From Eledone cirrhosa (Eukaryota): a DNA stretch of 64,000 bases. The translations under genes were made by a program, and so were the position numbers. The notes under the pieces were generated by a model. That model did no database searches and was not told the DNA's origin. It saw only the letters and a list, made by a program, of their open reading frames with translations. Every line of letters begins with the position of its first letter. Positions within the stretch are counted from its first letter, which is position 1. The stretch spans positions 222,704,001 to 222,768,000 of the forward strand of contig OZ024742.1 in NCBI GenBank assembly GCA_964016885.1, given 5' to 3'. Positions 10,921 through 22,955 of the stretch are shown here, piece after piece.

Positions 10921-13599
10921 GGAGGAGGCTTCACTCACGAAGAATTTCCACTTTATTACGAATCTGTAGAGAAACTATAATTAAACTTAAGCCAAAATCC
11001 TGATTATGGTGAGATATAAGCTAGACTGACTAAACTATACTCGTATAGTTCCACAAACTTAAATTTAATAGCTTCTCTGAGATGATAATTTATTAACATA
11101 TCTTATCCTTTCATTGTGATGTCTAAGTATTAGAGACATAACACCTGTGGGCATGCCTACAAAGTCAGAAAACAGCACAGCTCCCATGACTTTTGGAAAC
11201 ATTTTTCATCAGAGTTGCTGAAGCATGGGACAAACTACCTGCATCAGCTGTTAGCTGCCGAGACACTGCATCCTTTAAAACCTTCATGCTTCCTGAAATT
11301 CGCCAACACTACACCTGATATCCCCCCTCCATACACACGCACACATATATATCATGACTCATACACTGTTCACTTTCCTGACATTTGTACATTATTCTAT
11401 GTACTATACATGCACCTTTGATGAGTTGTAGTGCACCTGAGCACTGTACACAATAATTTCATTATTATTATCATTATTATAACTTTTTTAATTGATACAT
11501 TTATTTATCAAGTACTCCGTGCTTGTGTTATACGAACCTTGGGAAGCAAACTTTTTAACCATTCAGCTAAGCCGCGTCCACTATTCAATTTATATATTGT
11601 GTTAATATTCCCAAAAGGGGTATTTATTTGCATAATTTACATTAAAACAACAAAAAAATAAATGTTTAAAAATATGGAAGGCATAACTTTATTAAGAAAG
11701 TATCTAAATACATATTACAAATAAATGTTTTAATAACATTTTAAGATACACACGGCATTATTTAAATATGTGCATTTAGTGGACTAAGGTTTTTCTTAAA
11801 TCTTTTCTTTTTGCATGTTTTAAAACCATGTTGTGAGGGAGCAGATTGATTAAGTCCATATTTATACGGTTGGTAAAATATGACAATCTAACTATAAAAA
11901 TTTTAGTGAAGGATACTCGTTCGGACGTCACTTTCACACTGTACTGAGTGCCTTTTTGAATCCATTCATTTCGTATAATAAATGTAAAACTAACTAAGAA
12001 AAGGGTTGGAATTTAACAATAAAGACATTCACTGAAAGTTTTATAGTTAACAGATTGTCATATTTTACCCACCATATAAACATGGACCTTAATCAATCTG
12101 CTCCCTCACAACATTGTTTTGAAAAGTATAAAAATAAAAAGATTTAAAAAAAACGTTAATTCACTAAATAGGGATAAAATATTTGACTTCGTTTATTCGC
12201 CTAAATTATTATTTATATTTAATGCTAATATTATATTGGTGCATTATAAACAAAAACAAATTTATTTGTTTTTATTTGATACAGTATTAGAATTTACGTT
12301 TAAAATATAAAGAGGGAAATATTAGGAATCAAATTAAACAATTTTTTACCCCTTTCATTCATTAAATTATTTATATTTAATGCAAACAAAATATTGATGT
12401 ATTATAAATTTGCTTTTGTTTTTATTTGAAAATATTAGAATTAAACAAGAACACTTTCTAAATCTTCAGTATACTCCGCCTCTTATAATAAGTATGAATC
12501 CGCCATGCTTATTTCTTACCCATAGATATTTATATAACATAACCTGACGTTAGTACAATTATTAAGATACGTGTAGTTATCGTTGTAATATATATTTGTA
12601 ATTTAGGATATTCATATAAAAATTTGTCCCGAAACATCTTTTAATCAATATATAAGAATAAAATAAAACATATAATCTAATATTGTTATGAAATAGCTAA
12701 ACTAAGACATCGCCTGCTGAATAAATAAATAGAGTTGCAGAAGATACATGCAACCGGCTGAGTTGCAAACACTAAAATACATAAATATTTCGAAATGTCA
12801 GTAAACAGCGAGCTTGTTTAATATCTTTGCAACGTATTTCTTTTTTAAAAAGTCCTCTAGACTTACAATATTTTAAAATAATCTTCTAGTATTAGTGTTG
12901 TATTTAGCTGTCTTCTATCGTTAAGCAGTTGTTTTGTGGGTATATTACATAAATGACGGTAAACAAACATCTTCAGGCCGTAGATAATTTATTTTATTAT
13001 TTTATTCTGTTAAGGATTTCAATCATTAGACTGCGACCAGACAGAGTACCACTCTGAAGGGACTTAATCGATATCGATTCCAGTACTTGTTATTTTTTAA
13101 AGTTTGTTATGTATTTTACCGATCGGAACATAAACACAGATACATTTCATTCACAAGATTTGGTTAACTCGATCTTATAGTAGAAGGCACTTGCCCAAGG
13201 TGTTGCGCTGAGGGACTGAACTTCAAAATACGCGGTTCATTTAAGAGTAGGTTTGTTACCATTTACAAAATATAATGGTTTCTGATTTAGGCACAAGGCC
13301 AACAATTTGGAGGGCGGTGAAAGTCGAATAAATCGACCACAGTGCGTTACTGGTATTTTATTTTATTGACCCCGTAAAGATGAAAGGCAAAGCTAACTCC
13401 AGCCGGATTTGAAGTCAGAACGTAAAGGGTCGTGTAACTATATGCTGCAGAGCATGTTGTCCGTCGCTTTCCCGATGTATAATATAATTGTTTCTACTTT
13501 AGGCACAAGGCCAGCAATTACCCAGTGCATTACTGGTACTTTATTTTATCGATTTATTCGAAAAATCAATGATTGTCAAACGAAGAAAAAACAGGGGAG

Positions 13600-13925
13600 G
13601 GGGAGACTACCTGCATACTTAACCACACACCTCAACAAGGTGTGTTGGAGCCTCCCTCAAATAATGTTTGAAGCAAGCTAACACATTCGCAACATTGCCA
13701 CGAGTGATAGCGAGGCTAAGGCGCTGCAATAACCAAGGACCCTCACAGGCATCACCTCCACCTGACCCTCGGTAATGCGAGCCACCAACAATGACAGGAA
13801 CTTCGTTGTCAGCGACCCAGCGCCTTCAGATGTATCGAACGCCACAGGCTGGAAAAAATAGTTTGCCGATGATTCCTATTATTTTAGAATTATATTCCGT
13901 TTGGCTACGGAAGCAGTGGTTCTTA
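13600..13925 (-). mobile_element. 3' fragment of CRE-clade non-LTR element
   Basis: Homologous to 40205-40410 and 44770-44990. Confidence 0.7.
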
Positions 13926-16225
13926 TTCATACATGATTCATAATTAATTAATCAACCTGAGTACTTTGTTTTCTCGATCATTGAAGGAAGAAAGGTTAAA
14001 GCTAACTTCGGCTCAAGAATAATTTCAGTTAGAACCAAACTATTTTTACATTTTATTCTATCCATTAGTGGCTAAAATTATCAACTTGAATTATACCAAT
14101 GAAATCTTAGTCATGTCATGGTCAATAAAAGCTGTCAAGTACTGGAGTTGATTTAGTCAACTTAGCCCTACCCCCAAATTTGTTGACCTAGTGCTTTGCA
14201 ACCAGTTCATTTCACTTCCACTGGGTGGCACTTTGTATGTTTTATACTAATGCCTTGTAACTGGAATTTAGTAGACAAACATCACTATATATGTATGTGT
14301 TTATATAAGTTAATGGTTCAACAGAAGATATCGATGAAAAAAAGTAAGCACTGTGATCAATATGATTGACTAAATCCCTAAGGCTAAGGACTGTATAGTG
14401 GAAAATAGAGACTTAGTAATTTTCTTAGTGTGGTCAGAGTAAAAAAAAAAATCTCCCAAACTGTCGAAATTATTGGGAGAATGGTGTGTAGATTTAAGAG
14501 CTATCCTAGAGTAGAAAGATTTGCAAAAGCAACTTTTTCTAATATTGCTGGTATTGAAGGTTTCCAAAAGCACAAGTTTACTAAGTGAAAGGACATTCCA
14601 TTGTAGAGTTAACCCCCAGCTGTGTTGCTACTGATACTCATTTTAATTGAGCAGACTGGAGAAATATAAAATGAAGTGTTTTGCTTAAGAACACAATGTA
14701 CCATCTGATCCAGGAATTGAACCCACAACATCGTAATTGTAAGACCAACACCCAAACCACTAGGTCAGGATGTTGATAGGTATTTGTTTTTCATGCAATA
14801 ACGTTTTCTTTCATCTGAATTACAGTAGTTCAGTTCTATTACATGTTAATTGGTGCAAGATATTTACAAAAATAATTATAACAGGCCTTCATCCCAGTCT
14901 TTAGATATATTCATTCTGGAGTAGTGCTTAAAATAGAATTAGTACCCACATTGACATTCAGTTTTAATCCTTTTGGTACAATTCTTATATTTAGAAGTAT
15001 AAACACTACAATAAAAAGCTTTGTATCAATGGGTTATGATTTGTTGATAAAATAGGAAAGGAGCTGATCATCACAAGTCCAAGGTAACAATGTGAAATAA
15101 ACATGCTGCGTTCACTTTATTAATTATTTCAGAAGCAATGCACATGATACAATGCCAAGCAATTTTGATTACAAAATAGAATGTGATTTTTGTAGGGTTT
15201 CTTTCCAAAAATCATGAATCTAAATTGACACAGCTACATATAATTTCTAATTTAGGTACAAGCCAAGTAAGTAATTTGGAAGGAGAGGAACAGTTGATAG
15301 TCAGCCCTAACTGGTATTTAATTTTATAGAACCATGTCAAAACGCACCTAGTAATAGAAAATCGAGAGCAAGACATGATCACCTAACCTGTCTTAGCTTC
15401 ATAATGTAACAGCCCAATATGTGTAAACATGTAAAATATACATTAAACAGCGATATTGAAGAGGGCCCTGGAAGGAAAGACAAGTTGACATCCATAGTAT
15501 TTTAACTCAAATTGTAAAAAGCTGGAAGAAATACCTCAAAGCATTTTGTGCAACCCTAATGATTCTGCTAATCCACATGGAAAATACACATAACCATGTT
15601 GTAAGGTCAAAGGGTAAAGGCAATTTCAAATTTAGTAAATAAAGACAGAACTTGGATGAACTGAGGGATTGGCTCCAAGAGGAATCTGAGGAGAGAAGAC
15701 TACATTGGATGATCATTGAAAGGTGAAGAAGCTGCAGTAGAGGACAAGGAAGATCTGGGCAGATGTGACGAGAACTGACCTCAAATTGCTGACTCAGATG
15801 ACAAAGGAACACTGAGTGGAAAGATGCTGTGCTGAGAAGAACCTATCCAATTCATGGAAAAATGGATGCAAGAACAATTACTGGTTCATTTGTAATTGTA
15901 TTAAGCATAAACCACTACCCCAACCAAGCTATGTGCTCATTTTCAAAATTAATTAATATGTAACCCTTTTGTTGCTATATTTCTAATACAATGATTTTTC
16001 ACAGCCTGATTTTCAAATAATTTTGAGGGATTTAGTATGGTGTTTGGAACCTGGCTCCACAAGTTGTTATAATAGAAGGTTTTTAGATGCATATTAATAC
16101 TCTAAATTCAACAATTTTGTATTGTAGAATTATGAATGGTTTGCAATCAAAAGGATTAAACTACAAGATTTGAAAAACGTAAAAACGAACAACATGGATT
16201 TTTTTAATACAAATTATTTTTAATA

Positions 16226-16231
16226 TTTATT
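16226..16231 (-). terminator. Probable HSPA5 polyadenylation signal AATAAA
   Basis: AATAAA on the minus strand about 500 nt after the stop codon; position is inferred. Confidence 0.5.
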
Positions 16232-16729
16232 TTTTTCTACAGACATGATCTTTCAATCTGGCTGCCACACTTCTAGAGGACTGCTGCAGTTACATCTTAT
16301 GTCCTTCACTGAATCTGATACAGACCAGCAATAGAAGATGGATAGAAAGAAGGGATTGGGAATCATTTCAGCTTAAATTGTGATTGAGAATTAATCCAGT
16401 GTAAGCAGCCAGACAAAAGGTCAAAATAGGCACAAAAAACAACAAAAAAAAAACAAAACAAAACAAAAAGATGTGTACATGAAACGACAACAAATAGAAA
16501 TCATTTATATAATATATACAAGTCTCAATCACATGGGTCTTGAGTGGAGGAGAGAGAGGAGAAAAAAAATAAGCAGCAGTGACACCCTCCTCCCATACAA
16601 ACATTTCATGGGATGAGAGGATCAAGTCTTGATGTGGGGAAATATAAAAACTTCAGACATTGATGGAAACTTCTGAACTCAAGACAAATTTGTTAATGTT
16701 TCTTTATAAAGCCCTAAAACATTTCTTTT

Positions 16730-17542
16730 TTATAACTCATCCTTGTCCTCTGTTTCTCCCCCTTTGGGTGGTTCTGTTGAACCCTGTCCTTGATATTTAG
16801 CTCTAATTGGTTGCACAATGTCCTCTAATTCCTTCTTTTTGGTTTTGAAGTCATCAACTTCGGCAGTTTGATTATCTTCTAACCACTTAATTGTATCGTC
16901 GACAGCTTTCTGCATGGTTTCTTTGTCTTCAGGACTGAGTGAGCTACCAAATTTTTCTCCAAGCTGGTTTTTCAAAGAATAGGCAAGACCTTCCAAATCA
17001 TTTCTTGACTCAACTCTTTCTTTGGTTTTTCGGTCCTCATCAGCATATTTTTCAGCATCAGCCACCATGTTCTCAATTTCTTCAGGTGTAAGCCTATTTT
17101 GATCATTCTGAATAACAATGTTGTTCTTGTTACCAGTTCCTTTGTCTTCAGCTGTTACTTTAAGAATACCGTTCACATCTATTTCAAAAGTTACTTCAAT
17201 TTGGGGGACACCACGAGGAGCTGAAGGGATGCCAGTCAAATCAAATTTTCCCAATAAGTGATTGTCTTTGGTCATGGGACGTTCTCCTTCAAAAACTTGA
17301 ATGGTTACAGTTGGTTGGTTATCAGAAGCAGTAGAGAAAATCTGGGATTTCTTGGTAGGTATAACAGTGTTACGAAGGATAAGTTTGGTCATGACTCCAC
17401 CAACAGTTTCAATACCCATAGTTAAGGGGTTAACATCGAGTAATACAAGGTCACCAGTATCTTCTTCACCACTTAACACACCAGCTTGGACAGCAGCACC
17501 ATATGCAACAGCTTCATCAGGGTTGATACCACGATTAGGTTC
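16730..17542 (-). CDS. HSPA5: BiP/GRP78 coding exon 6 (substrate-binding domain, C-terminal KDEL)
   Basis: [21 protein letters not shown]...[16 protein letters not shown]...KDEL*. The six exons sum to 1974 nt = 657 aa + stop. Confidence 0.99.
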   Translation of the reverse strand, partial: EPNRGINPDEAVAYGAAVQAGVLSGEEDTGDLVLLDVNPLTMGIETVGGVMTKLILRNTVIPTKKSQIFSTASDNQPTVTIQVFEGERPMTKDNHLLGKFDLTGIPSAPRGVPQIEVTFEIDVNGILKVTAEDKGTGNKNNIVIQNDQNRLTPEEIENMVADAEKYADEDRKTKERVESRNDLEGLAYSLKNQLGEKFGSSLSPEDKETMQKAVDDTIKWLEDNQTAEVDDFKTKKKELEDIVQPIRAKYQGQGSTEPPKGGETEDKDEL

Positions 17543-18265
17543 CTGGAGAAAAAAAAAAAAAAAAAAAAAAATTGTAATATCCCCAAAGTTTACTATTAAA
17601 AATTATAAATCTTGCAGCTTTTAAACTTATGAAAAAAAAAAAATACAGTTCACACCTATGCAGATTTAGCTGGCCTACAATATTGCATCCCACGAGGATT
17701 CTCAAGAATTTTAATAAAGTCCCTAGTGTATATATACATAGGTGAGTATTACAGTTCACACAAGTTTATTTAGCCTTCTACGAGGTTACATCTCATTTTG
17801 CTGATAGAAGCAACAGAATGCGAACTTAAGAACACAACCCACAATTTTATGATCATGAACTCATTACTAACACACCTAACCCTTTTCAAGCGAAAACCAG
17901 TTCTGATTTTATCTATGAAACAAAACCACCCTTTTAATGGGTTCCTATTTAAATTGAAATTTTTAATGCGAGCATTTCCAGAGCCCACAAAGACTAGTGG
18001 GAGGAAAGTATCCTCAAATTAGAACCCTGGGACAACAGTGGACTGCTAAAAATTAAACCTTTCATTACCCTTTGAAAGGATTTGGGTAAAAAAAAAAAAA
18101 AAAAAAAAAAATCGTCCATCTTAAAAGATTCTTATTTAAATTAAAATCTTCCAGTGTAATTTATAAGAATCACGTTAAGATACTGGGCAATGAAAGGTTT
18201 TTAGTACATCCCTCAAAATTCTTTATTAATGAATTAAATGAGTATTTCACAAGAAATTAACTTAC

Positions 18266-18415
18266 TTTGCCATTGAAGAATTCTTTCACCATAGACTGGA
18301 TCTTTGGAATTCTAGTAGAACCACCAACAAGCACAATTTCATCAATATCCTTCTTTGCGAGACTTGAATCTTCCAAAACTCTTTGTACTGGTTTCATGGT
18401 AGAACGGAACAAATC
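18266..18415 (-). CDS. HSPA5: BiP/GRP78 coding exon 5
   Basis: [17 protein letters not shown]...[24 protein letters not shown] (Hsp70 signature); 150 nt, phase 0/0. Confidence 0.98.
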
Positions 18416-18874
18416 CTAGAAGAAAAATTTAAGAAACTTTAAATACATGAAACAAGAGGAAAGGGTCCTTTACTCTTAATGGCGGTATAGGGTTGCTGTT
18501 TACAGCCTGTTCTTGGTTTTTAGTGACCTTTTACTGTCATTTTCCCTGCTAATGAAGATTAGATTTGCACTCCCTACGAAAGGTTTCATGCTCATGACAA
18601 TGAAATGAAATTTACAGCCCATTTATCCTCAGCAAGTTGTTGGCCTTCTACAAAGTTGATCTCAAAGGTTTCTTGAGTTTTAATGACATGAGCACCGTCA
18701 ATCACAGAAAGTAATGTGAAATAAAATCTCTTGATCAGGAATTCAATCCGCTGCCTGGTCCAGGAATTGAAACCACAACGATGATTGCAAATTAAAGACC
18801 GTGCCAACGATTTCAGCCATTTCTTATGACATGCAAGAAAACAGTTGTACATATTCCAAATTAGCTAAACTCAC

Positions 18875-19110
18875 CATATTCAGTTCTTCAAATTTGGCTC
18901 GAGTTATAGATTCAGAAAAGTCTTCTCCATCATGAAGAGCTTCAATCTCAAGTCTGGCTTGATGCTGAGTTGACAACAGACGTTTAGCTTTTTCAACCTC
19001 ACGTCTAAGTTTCTGAACAGAGCGGTTGTCTTTACGGAGATCCTTGCCCTTCTTTTTCTTGTACAATTTAATGAAATGCTCCATGACTCTCTGATCAAAA
19101 TCTTCACCAC
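18875..19110 (-). CDS. HSPA5: BiP/GRP78 coding exon 4
   Basis: [15 protein letters not shown]...[11 protein letters not shown]; tttttag acceptor, gtgagt donor. Confidence 0.98.
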
Positions 19111-19162
19111 CTAAAAAATAAATTGGTGAATGAAAATACATCAATTGGAATTCATAATTTCA

Positions 19163-19489
<327 letters not shown>

Positions 19490-19965
19490 TTAGTAAAATA
19501 TTTACTTTGAAATGGTGAAACAAATTTATACTTTTTGTTACAGTATTTCTGATGGAATACACATTGCCTATACAAAACCAGATGTAAAATGCTGTTTGGA
19601 ACATCACTTAAACATTTAATTTCAAACAGGGAAAAGCAGACGTAAAATGATGATGATAAAGGTTTTGATAGAAATAGCACACCTAACCCTTTCATGGTTT
19701 TATTTCTGATAAAATACACTATTTCAAAGAATTAATGAGGGATTTACTAAAATTATTAATTGTTTCACTACTAAGATAATTTCACATGATTCTTATACAA
19801 AATTGTCAAAAATAATTTAAGATTACTAAGTAACTTAATCTTGGTTTTGTTTTATAGAGCCAGAACCAGTTTTGGCCAAGTTGGATTAAAATGGTCAATA
19901 AAAAAAAAAAAATTCATAAAACTAGAGCCAGCATTTGAAAAGATGTCGAATAATACAATACTTAC

Positions 19966-20445
19966 GGTTCGTTGATGATTCTCATAACATTGAGGCCTGC
20001 AATTGTTCCAGCATCTTTGGTAGCCTGTCTTTGGGCATCATTGAAATAAGCAGGTACAGTAACCACCGCATTTTTGATTTCTTTGCCCAAGTAAGCTTCT
20101 GCAATTTCCCTCATTTTACCAAGAACCATGGCAGAGATTTCTTCTGGAGCAAAGGTCTTTGTTTCACCACTAACTTTAGCCTGAACATGAGGCTTGTTGT
20201 TTTTGTTGATTACTTTAAAGGGATAGAATTTAATGTCATGCTGTACAGATTTGTCGTCCCATGTACGACCAATTAATCTCTTGACATCAAAGATGGTGTT
20301 TTCTGGATTGCTGGTCAATTGATTCTTAGCTGCATCCCCGATAAGACGATCGCCATCACCAGTAAAGGCCACATACGACGGAGTAATTCGATTTCCCTGG
20401 TCATTTGCAATGATTTCCACACGTCCATTCTTGAAAACACCGACA
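19966..20445 (-). CDS. HSPA5: BiP/GRP78 coding exon 2
   Basis: [27 protein letters not shown]...[18 protein letters not shown]...RIINEP; AG/GT boundaries; phases match the neighbouring exons. Confidence 0.98.
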
Positions 20446-20861
20446 CTGAAATAGGTATATGCAACAATAATTACTCCAAATTAAAACTATTTCACAAAAT
20501 AGTGAAATAAATAGTGAAAAATATAGTTTAAAAAAAAAAAAAAAAAAATGCCTATTGTCAGATCTAACAAAAAATGTTTCCATTGCTAATACTATTTTGT
20601 CGGTCACCAACCATGGCAGGAGTCAGAATTTGAATTAAGAATGTACAGAGCCGAATCAAATACCGACTAACAATTGTTCCAATCAATGGAATGGTAAGTT
20701 ACCAACCGAGAAAGGATCAAAATAAATGCTGACCTCGGCGGACCGGACAATTGAATAGTACGCCATGCGGTGCTTATTCCGTTTCATTGAATAGTATGCT
20801 ATCCCTTATGTTCACAAAACAGTCAAACCAGAATAAGAAACAATGTTAACTTTTAACTCAC

Positions 20862-21001
20862 CAGGAATATGTGGTTCCCAAGTCAATACCAATCACAGTT
20901 CCAACAGACTCCTTCTTCTTACTATCATCGTCTTTCTTGGCGCAGATTACCGATAAGGTAACTACCACCAGTAGTAATACTGGCAATGCACTTTTCATCA
21001 T
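20862..21001 (-). CDS. HSPA5: BiP/GRP78 coding exon 1 (signal peptide to GIDLGTTYS)
   Basis: Reads MMKSALPVLLLVVVTLSVICAKKDDDSKKKESVGTVIGIDLGTTYS. Acceptor ttttctatag lies directly before the ATG; phase-2 donor gtgagt. Confidence 0.96.
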
Positions 21002-22510
21002 CTATAGAAAATAGAGTTCGGAAATAAAAAAAAACATTTCAGTTGGAAGAAAACACGCATCATAGACACACAGACACTATTTTACCCGATTCAGTCGACT
21101 GGCTGGGACTGACATTTAATTTATATAAATTTGGGTATAAATGAAAAAAAGAACGCAGCACAATGTGAGGGTGTGTAAGCAACAATCTGTAATTTAACGA
21201 ATAAACTAGTCAAGAGATCAGACGAAACTATTCTGAGTAAAATCTATTGATCTCTGCCGACATCGAAAAATCATAAAACATTTTATTAATCATCCAAGAC
21301 ACTATCGGCGTCAAGAAAAGAATTTTAGAAAAGTATTTTATCATTTACTTTTTCTTTCTGAACCAGTATATATATATAGCCACTAAATGTTTTAAAAATT
21401 AGTTCGAAATTATAATTTTAACAATATATTTGTTGATGAGAACCACATAACACCAAAATCCGTTACATATATATTTCTTTTTTTCCTAAAGACATGAGAA
21501 TTAAGCACTCACTATGTGTAAGCAATAGTGTTTAAGACTTCCCTAAAGTATATTTCATGAAGAGAAAAGCAGCAGTGATTTCAAAATGAAAGCTTATTGC
21601 TCCATTACATTCTATCATTAAATATTTTAAAGATTGGCTTCACAAAACTTATCACACACACATTCCAAAAAAGGTTGGTCATTGACAGATTGTCAATTAA
21701 AATGAGATACTTGTGATCATACGAACGTGGCAATTTCTAAAACACCATTTAGTTTAGAAATACAATTTTATTGGAAACGTTCAACCATTAGATTTTAAAG
21801 AAAAATGACAAGCTTCTTTAAAGTTTATTCTATTTTATCATTTACTTTTATTCTATTTTATCATTTGCCATTTTTTAAACAATTCAATCAAAATTTGACC
21901 ACCAACTGGTATACAAGAGCAGATTAAGATTATACAATTGAGGGGAAAATATTTTAAAAACCATTGGATATGTATTTTATATTGATATAGATTGAAAATG
22001 GGAATAAAGCAAGCAGCTGTCAAAATGTTTCTGCATTAAAGTTGAATAATACAATTTCTTTCCGATAAATATAACACCACATCACATAATCTTTGAATTA
22101 AGGAAAGTTAGAGATAATGAGACAGAGGGGTAAATGTAGAAAATATTAGTTTTATTGGGGATATTTAAATAAAAGCAAAACTCTAACCCAATTCAATAAT
22201 ATATTTCGGGTTAAAGAAAGAAGATTGAGAAATGAGAATGATAGATGTAGATAATATTCGGATTAGATATAGCTTTATAAAAAAATAGTTCTATTCAAAT
22301 AAATGCCGAAATTACAAAAATCAAAAAGTTTGGCCGACTGGTGAGAAGATAAAGCGAGACCGGCTTCGACATTATTTCATCGCCAGTCAGAAAACTCGCA
22401 GATTATTAAATGTATCGAATGTAAGGCTTTGTAAATTATAAAATATTATTAAAAGTAATTAATAAGAACCTAGAAATTATAATAGTTTCAATAAAAATAA
22501 TTATACTTAC

Positions 22511-22789
22511 TGAAATTTGTTTTCAGAGTAAAATAATTGTGATGAATGAATAAATAAATACTGAATATGAGATACAAAACTCCGAATAGTGTCAATAAAT
22601 CCGGCGGTTTCTTAGCTGTATATATTATCAAATATAGTGATTAAACAATTTTTTAGTAAACAAGGAATGATATTTGAACAGAAAACTAATAATGTTCTAT
22701 TAAGAAATCGTTGATAATTATTCAAAATACAGACAAATTGGCTGAAGATATTACAATGTTGTCTTTACTGTTGTGAGAGAAATTAGAAT
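22511..22789 (-). other. HSPA5: Predicted non-coding first exon of HSPA5
   Basis: The ATG is preceded by an acceptor, so a 5'UTR exon is expected. Consensus donor GTAAGT at 22510-22505; Inr-like TCATTC with its A at 22789. Confidence 0.5.
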
Positions 22790-22955
22790 GAGAGACTCTA
22801 GAAGCGTCTAGCTTTATGAGATTCATATTAGATGTCGTGTTGAATTCTGATTGGTCAATTCTAAGATTCTTGGCGTATTCTCATTGGTTAATGTTTCCAT
22901 TTCGTGTTTGCTCCGCTGAGCTACACGTATCTTCCCGTTTTTCGTCACCTATTGG
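22786..22955 (-). promoter_or_regulatory. HSPA5 promoter with two ERSE-like elements, a third CCAAT, a TATA-like box and an Inr
   Basis: CCAAT-N9-ACACG (22854-22836); CCAAT-N9-CCAAG (22887-22869); CCAAT (22955-22951); CATAAAG starting at 22818, 29 nt upstream of the Inr A. Locally CpG-rich. Confidence 0.7.
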
